DNA of 64,000 nt from assembly GCA_963845755.1 (NCBI GenBank), contig CAWJTV010000005.1, positions 1-64,000 of the forward strand, given 5' to 3'. The translations under genes and the position numbers were made by a program. Under the pieces are notes generated by a model. The model had not been told where the DNA came from and searched no databases. It saw nothing but the letters and a program-made list of their open reading frames with translations. Within the stretch, counting starts at the first letter, position 1. Every line of letters starts with the position of its first letter. The stretch comes from an uncultured Planctomycetota bacterium (lineage in GTDB: Bacteria; Planctomycetota; Planctomycetia; Isosphaerales; Isosphaeraceae). Positions 18,938 to 31,300 of the stretch are shown in pieces.

Positions 18938-19237
18938 TTTGAGCGCTCGACGACTGTGTGGCCCGGATCGCAACGATGTGGCGCGTGCACCATCCGATCG
19001 TGACGCGCCCGAGTGCCGTCCACCTGATAACAGGTGGAGTATCCGTGCACTAATTTCATCGGCGTTAATGTTATATATAAAATATTATGATATTTATATT
19101 TATAATGATCAACGTGTAGTCCGTAAATGAACTGCTTGAGGGAGCAGGGGTTCAGCGCCAGCCCTCGACGCGAACAAGGGCACCATTCCATTCCGAATCT
19201 CGTAACTGATCCGCACGATCGGTGATCGCAATTCCGC

Positions 19238-20422
19238 TCACAAACCCAGCTCATCGCGCACGCTGGTGAAGGCGTTTATGGCGAATTCGAGATCCTCGCG
19301 AGAGTGTGCCGCCGAGACCTGGACGCGAACGCGAGCCTTTCCTTGCGGGACGACGGGGTAGGAGAACCCGATCGCGTAGACGCCTTTTTCGAGCAATCGT
19401 TCGGCCAACCGGCCGGCCAGGGCGGCGTCGCCGATCATGATCGGGACGATCGGATGCTCGCCCGGGACGATGTGGAACTTCCGCTCGGTCATCGCCGCGC
19501 GGAAGAACTTCGTGTTGGCCTCGAGACGGTCGCGGAGCTCGGTCGATCGTCGGCAGATTTCGATCGCCTTGAGCGATGCGCCCAGGATCGGCGGCGCGAC
19601 CGAGTTCGAGAACAAATAAGGCCGCGACCGCTGGCGGAGTATCGCCACGATCTCGGATCGACCGCTGGTGTAACCGCCGCTGGCGCCTCCCAGGGCCTTG
19701 CCGAGCGTGCCGGTAAGGATATCCACGCGACCCATCACGTCGCGATACTCGTGCGTGCCGCGGCCGTGCTTGCCCATGAAGCCGACGGCGTGCGAGTCGT
19801 CGACCATCACGAGGGCATCGTGCTTCTCCGCGAGGTCGCAGATCGCCTTCAGGTCGGCGATGATCCCGTCCATCGAGAAAACGCCGTCGGTGGCGATCAG
19901 CCGAAACTGGGCGTCGCGTGCCTCCTGGAGTTTCGCTTCCAGGTCGGCCATGTCATTGTTCTTGAAGCGGAGCCGCTTCGCCTTGCACAGACGGATCCCG
20001 TCGATGATCGAGGCGTGATTGAGCTCGTCGGAGATCACGGCGTCCTCGTCGCCCAGGATGGTCTCGAACAGGCCGCCGTTGGCGTCCCAGCAGGAGGAAT
20101 AGAGAATCGTGTCCTCGGTTCCCAGGAACTCGCTGATTGCCTGCTCGAGCTCCTTGTGCGGTTCTTGCGTCCCACAGATGAACCGCACCGAGGCCATACC
20201 GTTGCCCCAGTGCTCGAGGGCTTCACGTGCCGCGCCCACGACCTCGGGGTGATCGGCCAGCCCCAGGTAGTTGTTTGCGCACATGTTCAGCACGTCGGCC
20301 CGGCCTCGCACACCCACGTGCGCGCGCTGAGGGGAACTCAGAATGCGTTCGCCCTTGAACAGTCCGGCCCCGCGAATCTCGTCGAGCTGGGTGGCCAGGT
20401 GCTGCTGGATTGCTCCGTACAT
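19238..20422 (-). CDS. kbl: Glycine C-acetyltransferase (2-amino-3-ketobutyrate CoA ligase)
   Basis: [41 protein letters not shown]; adjacent to tdh. Confidence 0.97.
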   Translation of the reverse strand: MYGAIQQHLATQLDEIRGAGLFKGERILSSPQRAHVGVRGRADVLNMCANNYLGLADHPEVVGAAREALEHWGNGMASVRFICGTQEPHKELEQAISEFLGTEDTILYSSCWDANGGLFETILGDEDAVISDELNHASIIDGIRLCKAKRLRFKNNDMADLEAKLQEARDAQFRLIATDGVFSMDGIIADLKAICDLAEKHDALVMVDDSHAVGFMGKHGRGTHEYRDVMGRVDILTGTLGKALGGASGGYTSGRSEIVAILRQRSRPYLFSNSVAPPILGASLKAIEICRRSTELRDRLEANTKFFRAAMTERKFHIVPGEHPIVPIMIGDAALAGRLAERLLEKGVYAIGFSYPVVPQGKARVRVQVSAAHSREDLEFAINAFTSVRDELGL

Positions 20423-20485
20423 CGTCGGAAGTCCCTCGTTCGCTGTGTAAGCCGGGCGCGGACGGAGCCTCGCCCTCCCGAGTCC

Positions 20486-21527
20486 TCATCCTTCGTGCCA
20501 CGTCAAGATGACCTTACCAGACTCGCCGGACTTCATGGCCGCGAAGCCTTTCTCGAAGTCGCGGAAGTTGTAGCGGTGGGTGATGACCGGGCTGATATCC
20601 ATGCCGGACTGGAGCATGACGGTCATCTTGTACCAGGTCTCGTACATCTCGCGGCCGTAGATCCCTTTGATGGTGATCATGTTGAAGACGACGGTGTTCC
20701 AGTCGATGGCGATTTCGCGAGTGGGGATGCCGAGCATGGCGATCTTGCCGCCGTGGCACATGCTGGCCAGCATGTCGCGGAACGCCTCGGGATTGCCGGA
20801 CATTTCCAGTCCGATGTCGAACCCCTCCTTCATACCGAGCTCGTTCTGGACGCTCTCGATCGACCGCTCGCGGACGTCGACGGCGCAGCGTGGCTCCCAT
20901 CTTGAGTGCCAGCTCGAGGCGGTACGGATTGACGTCGGTGATGACGACGTGCCGCGCCCCGGCGTGGCGGACGACCTTCACCGCCATGATCCCGATCGGC
21001 CCGGCACCGGTGATCAAGACGTCCTCGCCGAGCACGTCGAACTGGAGGGCCGTGTGCACCGCGTTGCCGAACGGGTCGAAGATCGCCTGGACGTCCCGGG
21101 CAATGTGCGAGTCGTGGACCCAGACATTCGTCATCGGCAGGGACAGGTACTCGGCAAACGCCCCGGGTCGGTTCACGCCGATCCCCTTGGTGTCCTTGCA
21201 AAGGTGTCGCCGACCTGCCAGGCAGTTCCGGCAACGGCCGCAGACCACGTGCCCCTCTCCGCTGACGATCTCGCCGACATGAAAGTCCTTGACATTCGAG
21301 CCGACCTCGACTATCTCCCCCACGAACTCGTGGCCGACCACCATCGGCACCGGAATCGTCCGCTTCGCCCACGCATCCCAGGTCTCGATGTGCACGTCCG
21401 TTCCGCAAATACCCGTGCGCAGGACCTTGATGAGCACGTCGTTGATGCCGATCCGCGGGACGGGTACTTCGTCGAGCCACAAACCGGGCTTGGCCTCTTT
21501 CTTGACAAGGGCCAGCATCGTCTCCAT
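20486..21527 (-). CDS. tdh: L-threonine 3-dehydrogenase (frameshift near 20885)
   Basis: [46 protein letters not shown]. Confidence 0.96.
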
Positions 21528-21600
21528 GTTGGAACTTCCTCCAAAACTTGTTGGATCGCGGGTGATCGCGAATCGGGCGATCGGGACTTCATGGATAGAA

Positions 21601-21763
21601 CCAAACGCGAGCTTCGGCCGCAACCCTACAGGGATTCAAGATTCGAGATTCCGCATTCAAGAAGCCGCATTACTCCCCTCGGGAATCTTGAGTCGTGAAA
21701 GGGGAATAGCAAGTCGTCCCGATGAGACCGCGGCGCGGGGATTCTACGTAGACAGTCTCTCTT
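21601..21763 (+). repeat. Heptamer-hairpin element, diverged copy C
   Basis: ACGCGAGCTTCGGCCGCAACCC head, GATTCAA/GATTCGA/GATTCCG units, GGGATTCTAC...AGTCTC tail. Confidence 0.75.
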
Positions 21764-24488
21764 GAAGGCTTACCGAGGCCAGGCTGCTGCTGGAGACCTG
21801 GAGCGTGTATCCGACCCCGAGCTGATCGAGCGTGAGGTCGGAGAAGGTGGCCACGCCGTCCTGGGCGGTCACCGTCAGCGTCCCGCCGAGTGTAGCACTC
21901 CCGGGGTTGTTCGAGAGGGCCACGGTGACCGTCCCGTTGAACGCGGTGTCCACGTTGCCCGAGCCATCCTCCGCGGTGACGGTCAGGCCGAAATCGGACC
22001 CGACGGTGACGCTACCGGGCGGCTGCGCCGTCACGACCAGTTGCGGAACGGTCACATCGATGGCGCTGGTCGTCGCCGAGGTCACACCGCTACTGGAGAC
22101 CTCCAGCGTGTATCCGTTGCCGGGTTGATCGAGAGTCAGGCCGGAGAAGGTGGCCACGCCGTCCTGGGCGGTCACCGTCAGCGTGCCACCCAAGGCGGCG
22201 CCGCCGGGGGTATTCGAGAGGGCCACCGTGACCGTCCCGTTGAAGGAGGTATCCACGTTGCCCGAGCTATCCTCCGCCGTGACGGTCAGGCCGAAACCGG
22301 AGCCGGCGGCGACGCTTGCCGGAGGCTGGGTCGTCACCACCAATCCCGGAGCCGAGGAGGGCGGCAGCGTCGTGCCGATGAGGGCGCGCACTTCGTTGTA
22401 GTCGGTGACGTTGACCACGCCGTCGCCGTTGATGTCGCCGAAGATCGTGTAGCCCGCTCCATTGACTTGCAGCCACTCGTTGCGGACCCCGATCAGGTCC
22501 TGGCTGTTGACGGCGCCGTCGTCGTTGAAGTCGCCGGGCAGGACATCGATCCGCTGGTTGAAGAGAGATATTCCCGGGTTGACGATGGTGATGGTCACCC
22601 GGTCCGCCACGTTGATGGGTTGTGCCAGGTCGATCGTGTAGGTCGTTCCCGAGCCAGAGACCGTGACCGGCCCGTAGTTGATGCCGAGGTTTGCGCTGCT
22701 GACAAAGACGTCAGCGGAAGTCAGCGCCTGGGCCTGGCCGAGTGTGATCTGCAACTGGTCGATTGCCAGCCAGGGCAAGTCGGTGTTTCGACCAGCCGGG
22801 AGAAGGCGGAGTCCATCGGCGGCTGTTTGGAGCTCCGCGATCTGGGATCCCCACTCGACGGAGACGGCGTTATTCGCGGCGGGGAGATACTCGTAGGCGC
22901 CGACGTCGACCGTGCCATTGTAGATGCGGACGAATCCGGGACCTCGCTGGTCCGTGGTCAAGGGTTAACCGGTGCTCGGATCTACGGCGAGTACGTTGCT
23001 GCCCTTGTCGATGGCGGGGATGCTGGGCAGGAGGTCGATGGTCTGGGTCGGACCGCCGTAGTAAGCGAGCGGGCCGAGGCCGGGGCTGGCAACGCCGACC
23101 TGGTTGCCATTGACGCCATTAACTAAGCCGCCAGATCCCCCGATGCCGATGAGGTTATACGCGCCTTCAACCTCGGCTCCGACCCCGACACCGATGTCGG
23201 CAGCCTGCGCACTGCTGGTACCGATTGAGTTAAGTGCGACGATCGTATTGTCCAACGTCGCCGTGCCAACGCCGTTATATAGGCCGCCTCCGCCGTTTGA
23301 AGAATCGCCGCTCGCGACGGTATTGTAGGCGATAGTATCGTTGATGGCCGTAAGGGTGCATGGGATCGGAGGGTAATCAGATAATCCGTTGCAGATCCCG
23401 CCACCGTTATTGCCGGCCGTGTTGTCGGCGATGGTGGAATTGAAAATGCTAAGCGAGGAACCAGAGAGGTTGAAGATACCGCCGCCTTCGCTAGCCGAGT
23501 TGTCGGCCAACGTGGATTGGGAGATCGTCGCGGTGCCGCTCGCGAAGTTAGCGATGCCGCCCCCGAAGACGGCCGAAGCGCCAACTATGGTGGAGTCTGA
23601 AATGGTCAGGTCACCTCCCGGGGTGTACGGACCCCCAGGATAACTCGGTGTAGTGCCACCACCGTTTTGGATTGCCCCGCCGTTGGAGTAGGCCAAGTCG
23701 CCGACGAACGTCGAATTAGAGATGGCTACTGTGCTGCCGATGCCGTCGCCCAAGTTGTCGCCATCCCATATACCGCCACCGCCAGCGGCCGCCAGGTCGT
23801 CTACGATTTGCGAATTCGAGACGGTCAGGGCGGAGCCTTGCGAATTGTAAATGCCGCCACCCTCGATGGCCGTATCGTTGGCGAGCAAGCTATTCGACAC
23901 CGTGAGCGTGCCGTCATTATACACACCGCCTCCAGCATCGGCAAAGTTATCGGAGATAGTAGCGCTGGATATAACCAACGTACCCTCGTTGGCGATGCCT
24001 GCGCCATGGCCGGCTGGATTTACGTTGCCGTTCGACACGGTCAGGCCTTCCAGCATGGCAGTTACATCACTGGAGACCGAGAACACCTCGACCGCATTGT
24101 TCCCACTGACCGTCACGAGGTTCGCGCCGGGGCCGTCGATCACCTCCGGCCCGGCCGTCTCGGAGAGCGTAAGTGTATTAGACAGCGTGATCGTCTGCGC
24201 CGTGCCGAAGACCGTCGGGTCGAACTGGATCACGCTGCCGGCCGTGTTCGGGTTGGCGTTGGCCTGGTCAACGCAATAGAGAAGGTCGCCGGTGGTCCCT
24301 TAGCCGGCGCCGGTGTCGGTCGTCGCGTTGACCGTGTAGACCGTCGCTGCCAGCAGGCGCCGGCTCTCCAGGCCCTCGATGGCACGGAGGCGGCGGCGCT
24401 GGGGGCGTGTGCGTGTGCGCTTGCGAGCGCTCCACGGCGTGACAGTCGAGAACAGTGCCGAAAACGGTCGAGACCTGTGGCGCAACAT
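21744..24488 (-). pseudogene. Large secreted beta-helix / choice-of-anchor-Q / dockerin-like / Ig-like protein, inactivated
   Basis: LESRRLLA leader; in-frame TAA at 24300-24302 (Ser in paralog) and 22965-22967 (Gln in paralog); 3' end cut mid-domain at repeat copy C. Confidence 0.85.
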
Positions 24489-24963
24489 GGTGTAGCCCCT
24501 TCCAATAGGACCAAGACCAGAGATTTCCAGTGGAAATCCAGGCGTGAAGCGACTCACGATCGACGATCTTCGATGCCAACGTCAGAAATACGAGGAGATC
24601 GGGCGGGAATCGTCTGGTAACCGGCCCATCCGCATCGGGAGGCCGTATCGTCCGAGAAGGCGCGCAAAGTCCAGCGTCGCACGATGAAACCGGTTCGCGC
24701 GGTCACCCAAGACGGACGTTCGAAAACGCTGTGGTGGTCGTGTGCTGCTCTTACGTCCCCAAAAATAAGTTGTGACTGCCGTTTCTTCAAGAAGTGTGGC
24801 GAAAGATCAACTTAATTGGTCCTGTTTAACTTTTGTTTACAATGCGAAGCCCACCGAGGCGATCGTCTCGGATTCGAAAGTCCCTGTGCGGGAAGAAAAG
24901 GACCGGATATGGTGCAAACTTCCTGGCAATGTGCCCTGTCCGTGTTCTTGTCGCGTTACTAAG
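24489..24963 (-). repeat. Duplicated ~470-bp upstream region, copy 1
   Basis: Collinear and highly similar to 32613-33087. Confidence 0.95.
24751..24776 (-). promoter_or_regulatory. Candidate ECF-sigma promoter (GTCACA-N15-CGTAA); identical at 32875-32900
   Basis: Invariant block within the duplicated leader; resembles ECF-type -35/-10 boxes. Confidence 0.4.
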
Positions 24964-25393
24964 GCGGTCGGCAGGAAATAAGTTACGCAGGGTCGGAAAG
25001 TCGTCGGCCCCTGTCGAAGGGTAATCGGGGGTGCCGGATTGAACCCCGAATGGGGCGGGATTCACCCGACCCATCGTCGCCATCTTGGCTTGCACTCACC
25101 AACGAACGGACTGCGTTGGGCGGTGGACAGTCTTCGGCATTGATCATCGGCGGCCCGCATGGTTCGAATAACAGGCTTGTCATTAACAGGGATCCCCGAC
25201 GCGGCGCGACCGCAATCGGCGATTATCGAGCGTACTCGAGCGGTTCACGGTCGGGTCGAGTTCGCACGGGGAGCCCCCGGACTCCATCGCCGTGAGAGGG
25301 GGAGCGGCCGTCCTTTCCCCGTTCACGGCGAGGGAGTCGGGGAGTCCTTCCCCGGCTCGCGGCCGGCGGCGACGGGAGACGTCTCGGGCCCTC

Positions 25394-28300
25394 TCAGGGC
25401 GCGGAGCTCGCCTGGCCGAGCGACCGGTCTTTCCTCACTCCGACGACCGACCGACGCCGAGGGCTCCCCTCCCAGACCTGTTCCAGGGCCAGGTCATGCA
25501 CCCGCTCGCGCGCCAAGATGGAGTGATGCGGCCCCGGCCACGGGGCGACGGTGGTCCCGCTGGGGGAGTCGAGCGCGTTGATCGCGCGGGTCGTCGGCGT
25601 GCCGGGGGTGGTCATCCCGACGGCCTGCGCCACGGAGTCTCGCCCGGCGACGAGGGCGGTTGGGGTCGCGGTGGGCGAGACGGTGGCCGGGTCGAGGAAG
25701 AGGCCGCTGAGGACGGCGTTGACGCCGGCCTGGCGCGTGATGGTGATCATCAGGTCCCCCTTGACCACCCAGTTCAAATACACGCCGTTCTGGAACGACG
25801 CGATCGTCTCGGTGCTCAGGACTGCCCCAGTAGCCGCGTCGCTGATCTGGATTTGCTCGACGCGGCTGGGCGAGCTCTGGAGGTCCAGAAAGTACAGCTC
25901 GAGGTCGTGGGCCTGGCCATCGGTCAGGTCCAGGTTGACGGTGAAGCTGGTGGTCGAGTACCACGCGGCCTCGATCCGACCGGTGCCGCCGGGATTCTGG
26001 AGCGCCGCGGGAGCCGTGGATTTGGCGGCCCAGACGTAGGTCGTGGCGCCGGTGGTGGTGAGGGCGGCGTAGGCGGGCAGGCCGGACGTGTCGCCGACGA
26101 CGTCGTCGCCCTGGGCGCCGTAGGTCCCGATCCAACTCCCCTGCGTCGTCGCATCCGTCTTGAGGAACGACGCCGAGGCCGGCGTCGCCGGGTCGAGGAA
26201 GAGGCCGCTGAGGACGGCGTTGACGCCGGCCTGGCGCGTGATGGTGATCATCAGGTCCCCCTTGACCACCCAGTTCAGATACACGCCGTTCTGGAACGAC
26301 GCGATCGTCTCGGTGCTCAGGACTGCCCCGCTGACCGCGTCGCTGATCTGGATTTGCTCGACGCGGCTGGGCGAGCTCTGGAGGTCGAGGAAGTACAGCT
26401 CGAGGTCATGGGCCTGGCCGTCGTTCAGGTCCAGGTTGACGCTGAAGCTGGTGGCCGAGTACCAGGCGGCCTCGATCCGGCCCGAGCCGCCGGGATTCTG
26501 GAGGGCCGCGGCCGCCGTGGAGCTGGCGGCCCAGATGTGGGTCGCGGCGCCGGTGGTGGTGAGGGCGGCGTAGGCGGGCAGGACGGCCGTGTCGCCGACG
26601 ACGTCCTCGCCCTGGGCGCCGTAGGTCCCGATCCAACTCCCCTTCGTCGTCGCATCCGTCTTGAGCAACGACGCCGAGGCCGGCGTCGCCGGGTCGAGGA
26701 AGAGGCCGCTGAGGACGGCGTTGACGCCGGCCTGGCGCGTGATGGTGATCACCAGGTCCCCCTTGACCGCCCAGTTCAGATACACGCCGTTCTGGAACGA
26801 CGCGATCGTCTCGGTGCTCAGGACTGCCCCGGTGATCGCGTCGCTGATCTGGACCTGCTCGACCCGGCTGGGCGAGCTCTGCAGGTCGAGGAAGTAGAGC
26901 TCGAGGTCGTGGGCCTGGCCGTCGGTGACGTCCAGGTTGACGGTGAAACTGGTGGTCGAGTACCAGGCGGCCTCGATCCGGCCCGAGCCGCCGGGATTCT
27001 GGAGGGCCGCGGCCGCCGTGGAGCTGGTGGACCAGATGTGGGTCGCGGCGCCGGTGGTGGTGAGGGTGGCATAGGCGGGCAGGCCGGACGTGTCGCCGAC
27101 GACGTCCTCGCCCTGGGCGCCGTAGGTCCCGATCCAACTCCCCTTCGTCGTCGCATCCGTCTTGAGGAACGCGGCCGTGGCCGCCGGCTTCGCCGGGCCG
27201 AGGAAGAGGCCGCTGAGCACCGCGTTGACGCCGGCCTGGCGCGTGATGGTGATCACCAGGTCCCCCTTGACCGCCCAGTTCAGATACACGCCGTTCTGGA
27301 ACGACGCGATCGTCTCGGTGCTCAGGACCGCCCCGGTGACCGCGTCGCTGATCTGGACCTGCTCGACGCGGCTGGGCGAGCTCTGCAGGTCGAGGAAGTA
27401 AAGCTCGAGGTCGTGGGTCTGGCCGTCGGTGAGGTCCAGGTCGACGGTGAAGCTGGTGGTCGAGTACCAGGCGGCCTCGATCCGGCCCGAGCCGCCGGGA
27501 TTCTGGAGGGCCGCGGCGGCCGTGGAGCTGGCGGCCCAGATGTGGGTCGCGGCGCCGGTGGTGGTGAAGGCGGCGTAGGCGGGCAGGCCGGACGTGTCGC
27601 CGACGACCTCGGCGCCCTCGGCGCCGTAGGTCCCGATCCAACTCCCCTGCGTCGTCGCATCCGGCATGAGGAACGAGGCCGAGGCCGAGGCCAAGGCCGG
27701 CGTGACGTCGAAGGCGTCGGTCGTCGCGCCGACGACATCGCTGGCCGACACGAGAAGCGTGTAGCCGCTTCCGACTTTATTGAGCGTGAGTTCGGAGAAG
27801 GTGGCCACGCCGGCCTGGGCCGTTGTGGTCAGCGTACCGACGAGGGTCGAGCCGCCGGGGTTGTTCAGCAGCGCCACGGTGACCGTGCCGTTGTAGGAAG
27901 TATCCACGCTGCCCGATGCGTCCTCGACGGTGACGGTCAGGCCGAACTCGGAGCCGGCGGCGACACTCGCCGGAGGTTGTGTCGTCACCACGGCGGAGGG
28001 AGGATTGTATTCAAATGCACCGATGTCAACCGTGTTGCCGACAATCCGCGGGAATCCGGGGCCGCGCTGGTCGTATATCAGCGGCTGGCCGGTGGTGGGA
28101 TCGACAGCCAGATCATTACTGCCGGCGTCGATGGCGGGGCTGCCGGGCAAGAGGGCGATAGTCTGGGTCGGACCGCCGTTGTCGGCCAGCGAGCCGAGCC
28201 CCGGGCTGGCGATGCCGACCTGGTTGCCGTTGACGCCATTGGTGAGTCCGCCGGAGCCACCGGTGCCGATCAGGTTGTACGGCGCTGGCCGAGGCGAGAG

Positions 28301-31300
28301 CACCGTCGATATTGCCGTCCTGGGCGTTGTTCTCGGCGACGATCGTGTTGTACAAAGTGACCCGCCTTGGGCAACATACAGCCCGCCTCCGTCGGCAGGG
28401 GCAGTAAAACCTCCATGGCCCGAGAAGCGGGAGGACCCGGATTGCGTAAATCTACTCTGGTCCCTCCCCCCGAACCTGCATGAGCGGAGTTGCTGGCGAA
28501 CGTGTCGTTCACCAGGATCGCGGTACCTGCGTCATCGAGGCCTCCTCCGTATATGCGCCGGCCCCGTCCCCAAATTGTATTACAAAATCAGGGGGGGGGA
28601 GGTAAGGAGGGCCGCCTCCGGATCCGCCGATAGCCGTGTTGCCGGTCATCGTGCAATTCTCCAGCGTAAGTGAGGAACCATTGGCGATCCCGCCACCGTA
28701 CGCCGCGCCCCCGTTGCCGCCGAAGAAATATGTAACATTCCGATCTTGAGTCGCTTCGATAGCTTCCATTACCACCAAACGCAGCCGTTCCCGGAGATGG
28801 TCACATCAGCAAGGGTCGTGCTCACGCCACCGAGAGAGAGTCCACCTCCGGATGCTGGCAATCCGTCGATTTCGTACGGCCCGTCGTAGCCGTTCGCACC
28901 CTGGACGGTATTATTAGCGATCGTGCTACTCGTGATCTCGACCGATTGGTTCGAAAAGCTAAAGGCCAGAATGCCCCCGCCGCTGGAGTTGGCCGAATTG
29001 TTGTCGATGGTGGAGTCAGAGATGGTCAGCGTACCATTGCTGTCGATGCCGCCGCCGGAGTATGCCGAGTTGTTCTCGATGGCGGAACCAGTGATCGTCA
29101 GCATGCCTTCATTCTGAATGCCGCCGCCCCGCAACTGGTTGGGGATGGAACCCGAGTTGTTGTCGATCGTGGAGTCGGTGATCGTCAGCATGCCGTTGCT
29201 GGAGATGCCGCCGCCGTACACACTGGCTGAGTTGTTTTCGATGGTCGAATCGGAAACGATCAGCGTGCCGGCGTTGTAGATGCCTCCGCCGTGATTAGCC
29301 GAGCCCCCCAGGACCGTCTGGCCCGTGATTGTAGCGGTTACGCTACCGGAGATAGCGAACACCCCGACGCGGTTGTCGCCGCTGACCGTCAGGAGCTTCG
29401 CACCGGGGCCGTCGATCACCTCCGGCCCGGCGGTTTCCGAGAGCGTCAGCGTACTCGACAGCGTGATCGACTGCGGCGTACCGAAGACCGTCGGGTCGAA
29501 CTCGATCACGCTGCCGTCGGTGTTCGGGTTGGCGTTGGCCTGATCGATGCAATACAGCAGGTCGCCCGTGGTCCCCGATCCGACTCCGGTGTCGGTCGTC
29601 GCGTTGACCGTATATAGCGTGGCTTCGTTGGACCACACGTTGATGGGGTCGGTCGTCGCACAGAACAGCCCATTCGACGACACGATGAGCGTGTAACCAT
29701 TGGCGACCTCGTCGAGAGTCAGGCCGGAAAAGGTGGCCACGCCATTTTGGGCCGTCACTGTCAGCGTCCCGCCGAGGGTGGCGCCGCCGGGGTTATTTGA
29801 TATGGCGACGGTCACGCTACCGCTGAAGGTGGTGGCGATGTGGCCCGAGCTGTCCTCGGCCTTGACGATCAGGCCGAACCCGCTGCCCGCAATGATGCCA
29901 GCCGGGGGCTGGGTCGTCACCACCAGTTGGGTAGGCATGACCGGCGTCACGTCGAAGGCGCTGGTGGTCGCCCCAGTCAGGCCGCTGCTGGAGAGCGAGA
30001 GCGTGTATCCGGTCCCGGGTTGATCGAGGGTCAGGTCGGAGAAGCTGGCGGAGCCATTTTGGGCCGTCACGGTCAGCGTCCCGCCGAGGGTGGCTCCTCC
30101 GGGGTTGTTCAAGAGCGCGACGGTCACGCTGCCGCCGAAGTTGGTATCGACATTTCCGAAGGGATCTAGAGCCGCGACGCCCAGGTCGAAGGGGATTCCG
30201 GTTAAGACCGGGTTGGGCGGCTCGCGGTCACGACCAGTTGGGTGGCGGCCGCGGGCGCGACATTGAACCCGGAGGTCGTCCCGTCGGCCACACCACTGGC
30301 CGACACGATGAGGCTGTAGTTGTTTCCCACCTTATTCAGCGTAAGGTCGGAGAAGGTGGCCACGCCATTTTGGGCTGTCACAGTCAGCGTGCCGCCCAGA
30401 CTGCTGCCGCCGGGGTTATTTGATATGGCGACGGTCACGCTGTCGCTGAAGGTGGTGGCGATGTAGCCCGAGCTGTCCTCGGCGGCGACGACCAGGCTGA
30501 ACCCGCTCCCCGCTGTGACGGGTCTCGGCGGCTCGGTCGTCACCACCAGTTGGGTGGGCACGACTGGCACCACGTCGATGGCGCTGGTGGTCGCCCCGGT
30601 CAGGCCGCTGCTAGACACCTGGAGCGTGTATCCGTTCCCGGGTTGATCGAGGGTCAGGTTGGAGAAGTTCGCCTCGCCGTCCTGGGCCGTCACAGTCAGG
30701 GTCCCACCGAGGGTCGCACCTCCGGGGTTGTTCAAGAGCGTGACGGTCACGCTGCCGCCGAAGTTGGTATCGACATTTCCGAAGGGATCAAGAGGCGTGA
30801 CGCCCAGGAAGAAGGGGTTTCCGACTCGGACAGGGTTGGGCACAGCGCGGTCACGACCAGTTGGGAGGCGGTCGCGGGGGTGACATCGAAGGCGTCAGTC
30901 GGCCTGGTGCCCGCATCGCTGGCCGACACGATGAGCGTGTAACCGCTTCCGACGGTATCCAGAGTGAGGTCGGAGAAGTTGGCCACGCCGTCCTGGGCTG
31001 TCACGGTCAGTGTGCCGCCGAGGGTCGTGCCAGTGGGATTGTTCAACAGCGCTACCGTGATGGTGCCGTTGAAGGAAGTGTCCACGTTGCCCGAGGCGTC
31101 CTCTGCGGTGACGGTCAGGCCGAAATCGGTCCCGGCCGTGATGCTCGAATGGGGCTGGGTCGTCACCGCGAGTCCGACCCCCGAGAATTCGAACGCGCCG
31201 ATGTCGACGGTGTTGTCGACGATCCGCGGGAATCCGGCGCCGCGCTGGTCATAGACCAGAGGCTGGCCGGTGGTGGGATCGACAGCCAGATTGTTACTGC

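Noticed and set aside
22965..24302. Stop-codon reassignment or readthrough at the two in-frame TAA codons
   Set aside because: They replace different residues (Ser and Gln), and TAA terminates other genes normally.
25689..27690. CRISPR array or DGR template/variable repeats
   Set aside because: The repeats are in-frame 501-bp protein domains without spacers; differences are not adenine-specific, and no cas or RT genes are present.
15835..28360. Long antisense ORFs (e.g. 15835-17976, 19304-20905, 25292-28360)
   Set aside because: Shadow frames of real GC-rich genes with no recognisable motifs.
28591..28599. G9 tract as a phase-variation switch in the giant gene
   Set aside because: It is in frame (Pro-Pro-Pro) and cannot be separated from the background indel noise without reads.
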